A stretch of DNA of 63,059 nucleotides, counting the filler, from Chiloscyllium plagiosum (taxonomy: Eukaryota): the NCBI RefSeq assembly GCF_004010195.1. It is 4 parts of 2 records of this genome, joined end to end, with 100 filler letters (N's around TTAATTAATTAA, not from the genome) between each part and the next. Parts side by side here need not be neighbours in the genome. Positions count along the whole stretch, not along the records: positions 1 to 25,093 come from NC_057716.1; 3 more parts are not named here. One strand, given 5' to 3'. The notes under the pieces are model-generated. The model did not search any database. It had not been told where the DNA came from and saw only the letters and a program-made list of their open reading frames with translations. Position numbers and translations under genes: made by a program. Numbering within the stretch: the stretch's first letter is position 1; each line of letters opens with the position of its first letter. Shown one piece after another: positions 12,328 to 24,000 of the stretch.

Positions 12328-13413
12328 GTTGACAATTCCAGGTTTCAGTGTGTGAACTGCCCGGCCAGTGTTCCTCTATAACATAGCTCCATTCAACGTA
12401 TTGCATGTTGTTTCAATTTCCACTTCCTTTCTCTCAATGTAACTGAAATGAATATCGCATACTGATACACCCGCCAAATTTACACAGGTGAGGAAACACA
12501 CTTGCAAGTGTCTGGAAGCTCTTTTCCTGTTCTCTATCTGTCTTCTCTGTTTTGATTCGCAAAATCACTTGCCAGAGGTGGGAATAAACTGGTGTAGGTA
12601 AGATATGTCAGTTGCAGAATGCTCTATGAGCATGACGCCCTGCATTTATTCCCCACGCAGTTTCACACAGCTGTGTCCTCTCTGTGAAATGAAAAGCCAC
12701 GGATGACAATTGGATCATCTTGTTGGAGACAGCACTATGACACAGACACAGTTCCATATTATTAATACGTGCATCACCAATTATGAATAACCACAGAGAT
12801 ATAGAGGTGACACAGAGTTGAAGTGGATTCGATGGGCTGAACGGCTTCTGTCGCCGCGTGAGTGACGCCATGCATGGATGTTGTCCCTCCTCCTGTCCCT
12901 GTTTATGTTGAAAATAAAAGTGTGCAGAGTTACAGCGAGAAGGCAAGAGAATGATACCAAAACAGAAGCACATTTATCTCTGTGCAGAGCCAGCACAGCT
13001 AAGGTGGTTTGTGACAAATTTTTGATTCTGAGTGGAATCACAATGCGACCAACAGAATGCAGGGAGTTAGATAACGGTGATATTGGCAAAGCCAGGACAC
13101 ATCTACACAACAGAATATTACCCAACAGGTACATGTCACAGGGAGGATGGCGCTGTCTGAAAATCCTGCAGGGTGTCCTGCTATCAGACACAGTGCACTT
13201 CACTATTCACATTATACCAGAGTGAGAGCCAGAGAAGGCAACTTGGTTAATTGTACGTTTTTTTTATCAGCACGGGAGTTACGAACAATGAGGGAAAGTG
13301 GAAATGCTGGTGATTTGTTCACATCTGAAGTGTTTACGGGAAACGGGGAGCTGAGGAAGACACAAGGTAAAGCTATTGAGATCTGACTACACGAGCAGCA
13401 AATACGTTGGACA

Positions 13414-13485
13414 GCGCAGAGGAGATCTTTGGAGTCTTGAATTCTGGTACATGGCCCTAGCGTGCTTTCACATGGCCACACTGTT
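13414..13485 (-). pseudogene. tRNA-iMet pseudogene (highly decayed)
   Basis: The minus strand reads AACAGTGTGGCCATGTGAAAGCACGCTAGGGCCATGTACCAGAA...TCCTCTGC, which aligns to iMet at both ends and in the anticodon arm. Confidence 0.55.
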
Positions 13486-14199
13486 ACAAAAGGTAATATG
13501 TCCTTGTCTCTTGGCCTTGTGTTGTAGCAAGGCAAATATCACCGTTAAACTGCAGGAAATTTTATTTTCCAACGAGAGAGCAGTCAGCATTTAACAAAGG
13601 ATATATTGCAAAACCTTTCACATAAATTGATGCATTCCATCTTAGTGTCTTGCTTTGTTTCCTTGACACTTGACCTATCATTGTGCCTGCACTGAAGGTG
13701 TTTTGCTTCTTCTGCGTGCCTTTAACAGTCTGAGTGACATGATGAGGCTGTACTGCCCGATCCTCTGATGCAATTTTCCACTTTAATTCAGTTTACCCTA
13801 ATCTTCCATCTGATACCTTTCCCCTTGCTTCGGTTTTAAGCGCTCGTCTTAGACACAACCCGTCCTCCTCCAAAATAAATACGAAACTCAGCCACACTGT
13901 TATCACTGCAAACCAGCGACACCTTCATTCTGAGGTCAATGATTACTGCTGTCTCATTTCACATTATCAGCTACCGTGCTCTCTGGTGGCTTCAAGAAAT
14001 CACTATTATTATAAACTGCTGCAACATCTGCCAATATAAAATAAAAACAGAAAGATTCAGGAAATTTTTATCATCCACAAACAAACGACAAAAAGGAATG
14101 CAACTGTTGGGACAAACGTTAATGCAAGCAGATTTCAAAATCTTAGTCTGAAAATCTTGCTGCAATTGTTTTGCTTTTAATGAGCACACACATTGAGTT

Positions 14200-15090
14200 C
14201 AATGCAAAACCGATCCCCAACTCAGAGAAGGGAATCCTTGGTTTTGAAAATGCGTTGAGAATGTTCACTGGATTCATCACAGTAATGGGAGGACTGTCCT
14301 CTGGGAGCATATGAGTAAAATCATTCAATGTCGAATGGGGTTTCCAAACATCAGTGATGAACGGAATGTCTCAATTCACAAATTAAGCGTTGGGTAGGAT
14401 ATAATACAGGGACACACGAACAAACCAGACAAGAACACAGAAAGATGATAAACACTAGATTTGATAATTAATCAGGTCAAGGGGATTTAGGAATGCTGGC
14501 CTTACAAACCTTTTCTCAAATTCCTTGGAAGTACAAAGGAGGTTTTCATGGCGAGGTTGTTCATGATCTGGTTAGATAGTAATGATCGTTGTTTGAATTT
14601 ATGAATAGGGAAATTGTATTACAAAGCAAAGAGTTCATAGTGTAACTGTAAAATTTAAAGGTCAAACTCAGTGCAAACATTGTTTGTAATCTTTGTCCTC
14701 ACTCTCCAACAAAAAAAGTAAAGACATTAGAAAGGGCACAGCCACAATTTCCTGTATAGAAAGGCATGAGGAAACTCAGGGTAGAGGTTGACTGAGGCAT
14801 AAAAACATTAGAAATGATACAAACCGATTTTATGAGGATGATAGACAGAATGAGGGATTTTATTCACATGATTTTGAAAACGCTGTACCGGAAACAAGCA
14901 AGTTTGGGAAGTAAACGAAAGACATCTTTCACATAACACAAGGTTTGAAGTGACTAAATCAGCGGTATTCCCTCTTTCGAGTAAATCAATAAATAGAGTC
15001 TCAGATTCAAAACCATTGGTCAATGATCCAGAAAAAGTTGGGCCAGAGTTTCTTCTGCTCAAGAGCTATTTAAATCCAGAACGAATTTCC
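14200..15090 (+). mobile_element. Old CR1-like 3' fragments
   Basis: Degenerate CR1 RT C-terminal and 3'UTR motifs (AGAATGTTCACTGGATT..., CATAACACAAGGTTTGAAGTG). Confidence 0.4.
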
Positions 15091-15904
15091 AGAAAGAATG
15101 ATAGAAGCTGAGTCCAGAGTATTTCATAAGACACATGCACAAGCACACAAGTAGGGAATTTACCATTGGGAGAAAGTCAAAGTGCGTGTAAAAATTTCGA
15201 ATCTTGTTGACTTATCAAAAAAGACTTTTCATGAACGCGTCCAGCTGGATAAGATGGAATATAAAATGTTCATGAATTTGAAAGGTAAGGCATATTATTT
15301 AACGTGAAACATTGTAAATGGAATTGATCTTCTCGAAGATTGCAAACAAAAGTGACTTCCGAATGAGAAGGAATTGAATTGTCGCTAGGAGACATAATGC
15401 CTGCTTTAAATATTTGACCGCATTCACAGTATGTTAGGTACATTTCATGCTTTCTGATCTCTATCCATTGAATCCTCAAAGTTGTCTCTATCTTTTTGAG
15501 CCCTCTGTTCTTTCCTGCAGCACGCACTTTTAAGGTGAAAGAAGTTCTGACCAAAACTGAATGCAATATTCGAATGGTCCCTTGTGATCATTCTAATTCC
15601 CTTTTGATTATTACAATGGCTTCTGCGCGTTTACAGCAAATTGAATAACATGAAACGGGCTCAACATGTTTTGTTTTCTCTGAATGTAACGCAGTGCGCA
15701 TGGGAAACGCCATCCATTTGTTGAAAAAATATTTTCGGTTCTCTGTCCACGCATGTTGTCACGTTTTAAAAATTTGCAGCATTTTTGTTGGTAATGAGTC
15801 ATTTTCCAGAAAAAGGTCGTTTCTCAATTCAACTTTCCAATCAACTTGGCTTTGCTCAACATCGCCTTCCGTCCTGAAACTTCAACGCAACGATAAGTTG
15901 AAGC

Positions 15905-16000
15905 AGCTCCATGTGAGGGTCAAATTTAAAACCTCCACTCAACAAAGCCTACTACATTGCCACAGAGATATCATCCAGTGATTACCTGCTGCACTGGATC
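15905..16000 (-). pseudogene. tRNA-Ile(TAT) pseudogene with intron
   Basis: The minus strand begins GATCCAGTGCAGCA (GCTCCAGTGGCGCA) and ends GAGGTTTTAAATTTGACCCTCACATGGAGC (GAGGTTGTGAGTTCGAGCCTCACCTGGAGC). The 96-nt length fits an intron-containing gene. Confidence 0.6.
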
Positions 16001-17037
16001 CACGCATTAACGCTTACTGCCACATTCCTGGTTGTATCAAAACGGATGGGAAAAGAGTTTCTCTGCTTCCACGGCTAGTACCTGCAATTATATGAACGCC
16101 TTTGCCAGTGGTTCCAACTTTCTATGAGGAAATTGATGAGCTGCTCATTGCTAAGATGAGTTAATTATTTAATAATATAATTGCAATATTTCCGTCCACT
16201 AACCCCTGGACTTTTTTTATTTTGATTTTGATACGTAGAAATCTTTTAATTTTAATTTTCAACAGACTCAATGACTGATCTCCACAGTGCCTGCGGAATC
16301 AATTATAAAATTTCATAACACTCTGAGTTCTTCCGTCTCAGTCCGCTGTTTGGGAAGTGTTCCCGTTGTGGGAATTTCACTTCCCTGTGTATCTGCTGCT
16401 GCCCCCAACATGCCCTGTGGTACTACACACATTTTCCTTCTGCCATTTGCTCACTGTGTTGCTGTGATCATACAGTGACTTTGTGTCACCCGGCCCAGGA
16501 AAAGAACACAGGCCAAGGTTGAGTAAAACAAACTTTATTGGTAATGAGTCGCCTCTGTCGTTTTTTGCGTTGTTCAATTCAATTTTCAGTTAGTCTTATT
16601 TAAGATTTTGAAATTGTTCGCTCTGTACATAAGTGCGATCGGTCAAATATATCTGTCCAGAAGAGAGGGAGTGCTAGTTCTGCCACTGAGCACTGTGGAC
16701 TGTACTCGCATCGAGAAAATAATTCTTCAGAGACAGTGTTACGTCGCCAGTGTTACGTCGCCAGTGTCACGAAACTTTTCATTCCATCTGCTCCAATACT
16801 TGATAGAATTCAATTCAACAGATCTTGTTACTTAGTCATTTCTTTATTTCTAATCAGATCATGTGAACAGAATGCCACATTGGGAATGCGCTTGCCCCAT
16901 CGAGCAGAGATGAGGACATACTCTGGGAAGTGAATTGTGCTATTTATCATTTCACCAACACCAGGGAGAAGTATCCGCTTCTATGCACAATGTACTCAAC
17001 TCAGTTAAGCATATGGTCAGATGTGCACAGTATATGT

Positions 17038-17119
17038 GACGAGATGTCTGAGAGGTTAAAGTGATTAACTACTGACTCATTGTTCTCTGCAGACGTGGGA
17101 TTGAATCACACTCTTGTCG
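17038..17119 (+). pseudogene. tRNA-Ser(GCT) pseudogene
   Basis: GACGAGATGTCTGAGAGGTTAAAGTGATTAACTACTGACTCATTGTTCTCTGCAGACGTGGGATTGAATCACACTCTTGTCG, 82 nt, gap-free match to Ser-GCT. Confidence 0.85.
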
Positions 17120-17879
17120 CTTATGGAGTGCAGTCGTTCGTGATGCTGTTTTTGTTTGGGTCTCGGCTAAATTGGAGGTCGACTGGTCAGTTTATCGCAA
17201 TCGACGCTGCAGTAAAGTCTCCATTAAGTCTGTCGCTTAAATGGTATTGAAATGCAGACTGACTTGGAATAATGAAAAGGAACACTGTTTTCCTTTTGAA
17301 GGCATGTTACTCTGAGCTTTTATCGAACGAATGAGATCCAGAAAAAAGCAAATAACGAGAGATGGCAAGCACTTGTTTATCCAATGGATGATTAATAAGT
17401 ATTTTGTCAGATGAAACCTGTAGCAGAGTGGGTAGAAGTGATTCATCTTAGTGACAAAAGCACAGACAGGCAGCAGAAAATAAAGGAGATATTTTGAAAG
17501 TGGCAGAGGAAGGGTTCAGGGACACCGCGTACTGGCTTAAAAAGCACAGCAGTGAACTTACTAATGTAGGTACTGTGCATGGGCATGGACACAGTTACAT
17601 CACTTCCCAGAAAGTGCTGAACAGAGAGAAAGAAAGAACATTAGAACATAATAAAAAGTGAATTTCGTCAATCACAATCTCGATTAAATTCTTTCCCTTC
17701 TGTCTCCAGGACAGAAAACATGGAAATTATGGAACACACAACATCGCAAATATCTTCCCATTCGCCAAATCATCAAATAACGATGAGTTGAGTCACCGCA
17801 GGACTTTGTTTCACAACAGTGATGGTATAACAGCCTGCTTTCGGCTCCTGTGAAAACTCAACTTTTCTGAAACGAAACA

Positions 17880-18260
17880 CCAGCGATAGAGCTGCTTGAG
17901 CCAGTGATGTTTCGTTTGGGAAGCGAACACTATTATGTCAGTACAGGCACTGACCCCTTTGTATGAGTCTATATTCATACCAACCACTGTCAAGTCTTTG
18001 AGAAGCAAACCCTAACGTTTTAACTTTGACCCACATTTCAACATGCTGCAGAATTACAGTTGATCCACCGAAATGGGAGCACAGGCATTCGAATTCAAAT
18101 AACTGAGATTCAAAAACCTCGATGCAAAAATAAAATGGATTTGCTTCCTGGGGAATTAACTGTGGTGTGGGAACGTGCTGACTTTTCCAAAGTGTCTGTG
18201 CTGTCATGATCGTGTTCGCCTCCCATGCGGAAAATCGCAAGCAACTCTGCTGTTGCTTTA
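17880..18260. pseudogene. Divergent pair of highly decayed tRNA-Val-like sequences
   Basis: 17918-17952 and 18191-18225 are inverted repeats. Both resemble the 5' half of the Val copy at 19186 (GTGTTCGCCT core). Confidence 0.4.
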
Positions 18261-19185
18261 TGTTCCAGGCAAGTTGAGTTTTTACTGAAACCGAATGGAG
18301 ACTGTTATTTCATCGCTGTTGTGAAACAAAGTCCTACGGTGACTCGACTCGTCATTATTTGGTTTTCTGGCCAATGGGAAAATCGTTCCAGTGAATTTCG
18401 ATGTCATATGTTATTGAATTTCTCCCATTTCCTTCATTTCTGTCCTGGAGACATCGGAAGGGAAAGGCAATCTAATCGAGATTGTGATTGGTGAAATTCA
18501 CTTGTTATGGCCCATTCTTATTATATTCTTTCTTTCTCACTTTTCAGCATTGTCTGGGAAGTAATGGTGCACGAAGGCTCCAGTATGTTTGAAAGAGTAG
18601 TTTGGAATTGCCCTGTTGTTAGTTGTGTGATTACTTTATGGCTCATGCCCCCCGGACTGTCTCACATTTAGCATTCATGCTTCGCTGTGTCAGAAAATGC
18701 ATTAGGTTTGCCAGTTTTGTTTGTGTTCCGTGTTAAATGCTTTCTGTTTTGCGATTAGCTCAATACGTTACGAATTAACAGGGTTTCAGAGTTGACTTCC
18801 AGCTGCAAAAATCCTTAACTGAGAATCTGTTTCACGGAGTATGGCCAGTCTGAGCAAAAGTAAGGAAGTCGTTCGTTTCTGCAGTGTTTCACAATACTAC
18901 CTTTCCCGTGAGCAGTCGAACAGACTAAATGATTGTGCCTCAGACTGCGACGACAAGCTCCGCTAAAAAGTAATCCTTTAAAGCTGGTGTAAGCAACACA
19001 ACGTTATTGGGGTACACTGCGTGGAAACAGACACTTCGATGTTTCTCGTCCATGCTCACCACATAGCCAAAATTAAACAAGTCCCATTAAACAACGAGCT
19101 ATTGGAAACAGAAAGGTGAAATGTAGAATGGCTTCAACTTTCAGTGCTGGCTGCCACTGAGCCGCCGCACAGGTGGCTGTGGTGT

Positions 19186-19258
19186 GTTTCTGTAGTGTAG
19201 TGATCAACGTGTTCGCCTTACACGCGCAAAGTCCCCAGTTCGAAACTTGGCCAAAACT
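19186..19258 (+). pseudogene. tRNA-Val pseudogene (AAC/CAC-type body, TAC at the anticodon)
   Basis: GTTTCTGTAGTGTAGTGATCAACGTGTTCGCCTTACACGCGCAAAGTCCCCAGTTCGAAACTTGGCCAAAACT, 73 nt. B box retained; stems mismatched. Confidence 0.85.
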
Positions 19259-20503
19259 GCTTTGTTCTTCAACTGCAGCCTTTTACATGGACAAGAACGG
19301 AGTTTTTTTGCTTACTTTCTCATCTGCAAACCTGCCTTCGAATTTGCTGGAACAAATCTGCTCTCGTAGTGAAATGTAATGCAACTCCATTTAATTACTG
19401 TGCAAAACATCGTAAAGTTTTTCTCCAAACTGGTTCTGATCATATGCCATTCTGTTTGAGAGTGTCGTTACCGCCTTCTGATCCTTCCACGAAAAGCAGT
19501 ACCGCATTTGCATTCCTTGGGCAGGCGGCTCGGTTCAAAGACAGGGAAGAAGGTGATGCGCTGGTGTCACAGTGCACCACGGATTCCTGAACTTGTCTGT
19601 CTGTCAAATGTACCCCAAAGTCGTCTCTGAAAGACCTCATTTGGAAGCTATCTGTCGTTATTCAACGTGCGAGAATTGGCACCAGAGGTCCTGAATCATG
19701 TTTTGGAGCAGTTTGCACGTTAGTGACTCATTCAATCAGCAACAGCAATGAAAAAAATTACACTCTCCAAGGAACCTTTGGACTTGTGCTTTCATAGCGT
19801 CGCTAGTATTAAGGTGCGCCCCGAGATCTAAGCCATGTTGGAACTGAAACGGATGAATCGACAGAGAGGCGACAGAATGACATCGCATCTTTTTGGTTTT
19901 CTTTAAATCACTGACGAGCAGCAAAATGTAAACGGGGAGGGCGAGTGGGGAAGTGGGGCAGTTGCAGCTCTGGTGAAAGTCCTTCCTTGTGATTCACTCA
20001 GCAACCAGAGACGTGAAGGTGACTCAGGCGTGAGAGCTCTTCACATCGAGAACAAAAAGCACTCAAGGGCAGTTAGCACCTCTTCCGGAGTGGGGGTGGG
20101 GTGAGGTAATTACCTTTTGACTTCTGTTACGATGTTCAGAAACTGCCTTTTAGATTGAGGTGAACAGAAACTGCATTTCTAATAAGCACCATGGAATTTA
20201 GCAAAATTTATTGAGTCGCTTCTCGTCGATTCGCAGACAGGTTTCCAACTCAGTTGGTATCCATGTGGCTCATGTCCAGGAATGAACATCTCTGCAGCAA
20301 ATTGCACAGTTAAGGCAAAAGGCAAGGAAAGTGGCATCTCGAACTGGCTCCGAGGTCAGAGCATCCTCACAATGTGATCTGTCGTTCTCGGATTGTAATG
20401 CTACCTCCAGTTATAGGGTGGAGAGCATTCTTTGGGACTCTTAGTGACTGAACCTATGCTGCACGGTATGATGTGGAACACGGCCTACTCAGCTTTGTGC
20501 ATT

Positions 20504-20578
20504 TTCCCTGTAGTCCGGTGTGTTTCATGTTTGGTGTAAACATGAAAGTCGTCCTGTTTCGAGCAATGGGTGAAATCA
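20504..20578 (+). pseudogene. tRNA-Val-like pseudogene (highly decayed)
   Basis: TGTAGTCCGGTGTGTTTCATGTTTGGTGTAAACATGAAAGTCGTCCTGTTTCGAGCAATGGGTGAAATCA is collinear with Val. Confidence 0.45.
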
Positions 20579-20902
20579 TTCAGCAAAGCTAGAATCGAAA
20601 TTGCAGTCATGTCAAGTAGCTCATGGTAATTTGACCAATTCATAACCGATCATATATTCTCACGCACTCACAGATACAGTTGTAGCTGAAAAGAGTCTGA
20701 GAAGATAGACTCAGAATACCATTGATTTTTGTCTGGATTGATGGGCTATCATTATCTACTGCGAAATTGATATTGTAGACGGGCACATGCCAGCAGCTGT
20801 GCGAGTCAGAGATGGATCATGGAACTCTTTCACGTCACTTTGCATCTGTTGTTATGCAGGAGCACAATTGGAATTGTAAAGAAATGGAGGCTGACACCGG
20901 CT

Positions 20903-20984
20903 GGTTCTGTGGCCGAGGGGTCTAAGGCGCTGGATTGCGATTCCAATCTCGGAAGGGGCGTGGGTTCCAATCCCACCACTGTCC
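20903..20984 (+). pseudogene. tRNA-Leu (AAG/TAG-type) pseudogene
   Basis: GGTTCTGTGGCCGAGGGGTCTAAGGCGCTGGATTGCGATTCCAATCTCGGAAGGGGCGTGGGTTCCAATCCCACCACTGTCC, 82 nt. Acceptor stem, anticodon and T loop are mutated. Confidence 0.85.
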
Positions 20985-20989
20985 CTCGT

Positions 20990-21057
20990 TAGGATGCTCT
21001 TTGGAGGGTTAGTGTAACCTTGTTGGGCCGAATGGCCTGTTTCCACACTATTCAGGT
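20990..21057 (+). mobile_element. 3' tail of HE1-type SINE/CR1
   Basis: GGATGCTCTTTGGAGGGTTAGTGTAACCTTGTTGGGCCGAATGGCCTGTTTCCACACT matches the SINE tail at 24205-24270. Confidence 0.7.
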
Positions 21058-21059
21058 TA

Positions 21060-24000
21060 TTATCCAGTACTCTCAACCATCCCTGTCTCTTGAACCTTGC
21101 CACATCTCCAATACTCTCCTTATATGTGTAATCTCCAGCAGACTCTAAAACACTCCTTGGCGATGTAAGCTTCTCCAGTCCTTACCACGATCGATATGAG
21201 TGTCACCTCTTCCTGCTTTTAGAACCCTATAACTATTTCCATTCGTTACAGCACTTCCAATCACTGTTCCATCCTGAAACCCCCAAAAACATTTATATCG
21301 CTGTAAACTTATCTGGACTGTGTATCGTTCCTTTTGACAATACCGTTCTGAGACTTCCTCTATCTCAAAAATGTCATTAAGTGCATGTAACCCTTATTAT
21401 TGTAACCTCCCTTCAGCCTTACAGCACTGAGGATCTGTAGAATCTCTTTTCAAACCGACAGCCATTTCTATAATCTCCTCCACTCCCCATAATACATTCT
21501 GTCTGAGCTCCTCTGTAGTCCATTAAAAACTCTTTTACACTGTCTGTATCAGTGTAACCTTCAGCAAAAACACAACCTTCCCTATCTATGTAAATCTCTA
21601 CACCAGCCCCTATCCCTCTAAGCTCCGTCTAACAGTACAACCCTCCATGTTTGTGTATTCACCTTCAGTCCCTACTCACCTCCCTATCTGTGTAACCTTC
21701 TCCATGCATTTTTGCTTCAGTCTCTTCAACTGTCCCTGTCAGTGTAACCTCTTCCAGACCCGAAAACTTCCCTCTCTTTAACTTTCTCAGGCCACACAAC
21801 CCTCACTATCTGTAAGCTACTTCTGTCGGAGAACCCTCCATCTGTGAACTGCTCTAACTCTTCAACTCTCCATAAGCTTCATCAGCTCTTACAGCCCTCC
21901 CTATCTACCAAACCTCTTCCAGTCCCTAAAACGCCATCAGTCTGTGGAGACCGTACCACCATCCCTATCGGTGTTATCCTCTCAGGTCCCTGCAACATTC
22001 CCGATCTGTAGATCCCACTCCAATGCCTGTGTCTCTCCCNNNNNNNNNNNNNNNNNNNNNNNNNNNNNNNNNNNNNNNNNNNNNNNNNNNNNNNNNNNNN
22101 NNNNNNNNNNNNNNNNNNNNNNNNNNNNNNNNNNNNNNNNNNNNNNNNNNNNNNNNNNNNNNNNNNNNNNNNNNNNNNNNNNNNNNNNNNNNNNNNNNNN
22201 NNNNNNNNNNNNNNNNNNNNNNNNNNNNNNNNNNNNNNNNNNNNNNNNNNNNNNNNNNNNNNNNNNNNNNNNNNNNNNNNNNNNNNNNNNNNNNNNNNNN
22301 NNNNNNNNNNNNNNNNNNNNNNNNNNNNNTGAAACCACCTCCAGTCCCCACATCCCTCCCAATCTGCGTCCTCTGCTCCAGATCAGGCCATTGCTGTCTC
22401 TGTAAACACCTGCACTCCTGACAACTCTTCCCATTTGTGTAACCTCGTGCAGACCCCATACTCTCCAGCTTCCTGCATCCTCTTCCTGCATTGCAACCAA
22501 AACCATGTTTATGTAACATCCTTCAGTGCTTAAACCTCCCCGACTCAGTAACCACTTGCAGTCCTATCAAAGCACCTAAACTGTGAAACCTCTCATTTCC
22601 CTACAATCCTCCCTCCTCAAATGCCTTCATCACCATGAAATCTCACAATTACTGAAGCCTCCTTTTGGCACTGCAAACCTCCTAATGTCTGCAAAATCCT
22701 CCTGTCCTGATATTCCTCTCTATATCTGTAACCCCCACCACCCTCCAGTGCCCTTCTGGGGAACATGGCAGAGGAGGGAAGATTTGTAGCGTCTGGACCA
22801 TATATACGGAGGTAGAATTCTGGAAATTACAGATTTGGTCTAATGTTTGTGGTGTGCAGATTATTGGCGAGGATTATTGACTTGGTGCCATTCTCCATGT
22901 GTAACCCTCACTGCATCAGTCTAATTTCCCATTCTATTCATTTCTCTGTCTCCTATGGGGAATCAAGATATTTCTGACTCAGCAGAATTCCCAATTCCTC
23001 TTTCGTCCATCACCACACTGAAGACAGTTGGTCAGCCAGAGAGAGATGGAGAGTGAGATTTGGAGCCTTCAGTAAATCCTGCAGTGAGGTAAGATCACTC
23101 ACAGTGAACAGAGCAGAGTGTATTTAAGGGATCGAACTTTGGTCCAGAAAACATGACATAGATATAGTTTTGAAGCACGAACACAGAGCATGATGGTTCC
23201 AGGCTCAATCCTCACCCTCTTGTTTACTTTCATCTCTGCTGTACTGAGCCTTTTTATCTCAATATAGGAAGTTGACAGTTATCAATCCAGGCCTGTGCTG
23301 TCTTGAAGAGGATCAGTACAACAGAGGGGAAAGCAAGCCTCCCTCAAGGAGATGGCATTGAATCCTGGGATCTTTCTGTTCTGTATTCTCCCTCACACAC
23401 TGTCTCTTGTCATGTGATAGAGTCATACAGCAAGGAAACATACCTTTTTGTCCAACTCATTTGCGCCAGTATCTTGAATGTTTGTAATTCCCAGAAAATT
23501 TCCTGCTTCTATAACCTTCACCCCTCCCATATTCCCGTTGTATATTTCAAACCTACTCCAGTGCTCCCTGAATGTAAATTGCTCCAGTGTCAATAACATG
23601 CCCAATCTCAATAATCACATCCTGCACTCTGCCCAATAATCCCTATTTCTGTTGTCTTGCACAATACTTACAGTGCCCCCGTCACTGTAAAATCCTCCAG
23701 CCTGGATCAAATTACCCACCTGTGTACCTTCCTCAAGCCCTAGGAGAAAATGATATCACTAGAACTTTCTGCAGGCCCTATAATACACCTGCCTCTTGGC
23801 CTATAGCATCACATAACGTCGGTAACCTTCTCCCAACCCTACTGAGCTCCTTATCTGAGCACCTCCAGACCCTTTTCAAACCACAACAGCACTCCACATC
23901 TCTGTTTCCTCCTCCACTCCCTACAGTCCTCCCAGCACCTCCAACACTCTCTCTTGTGTAATTCTGCAATTTGGGGCAGCAGAGTGGCTCAGTGGTGAGC

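Noticed and set aside
20903..20984. Leu-body tRNA with GCG anticodon as a recoding tRNA
   Set aside because: Acceptor stem, anticodon stem and T loop are all broken; it is a pseudogene.
22760..23420. Unique block within the minisatellite with splice-like signals (GAGGTAAG at about 23087)
   Set aside because: No recognisable coding homology or paired exon structure.
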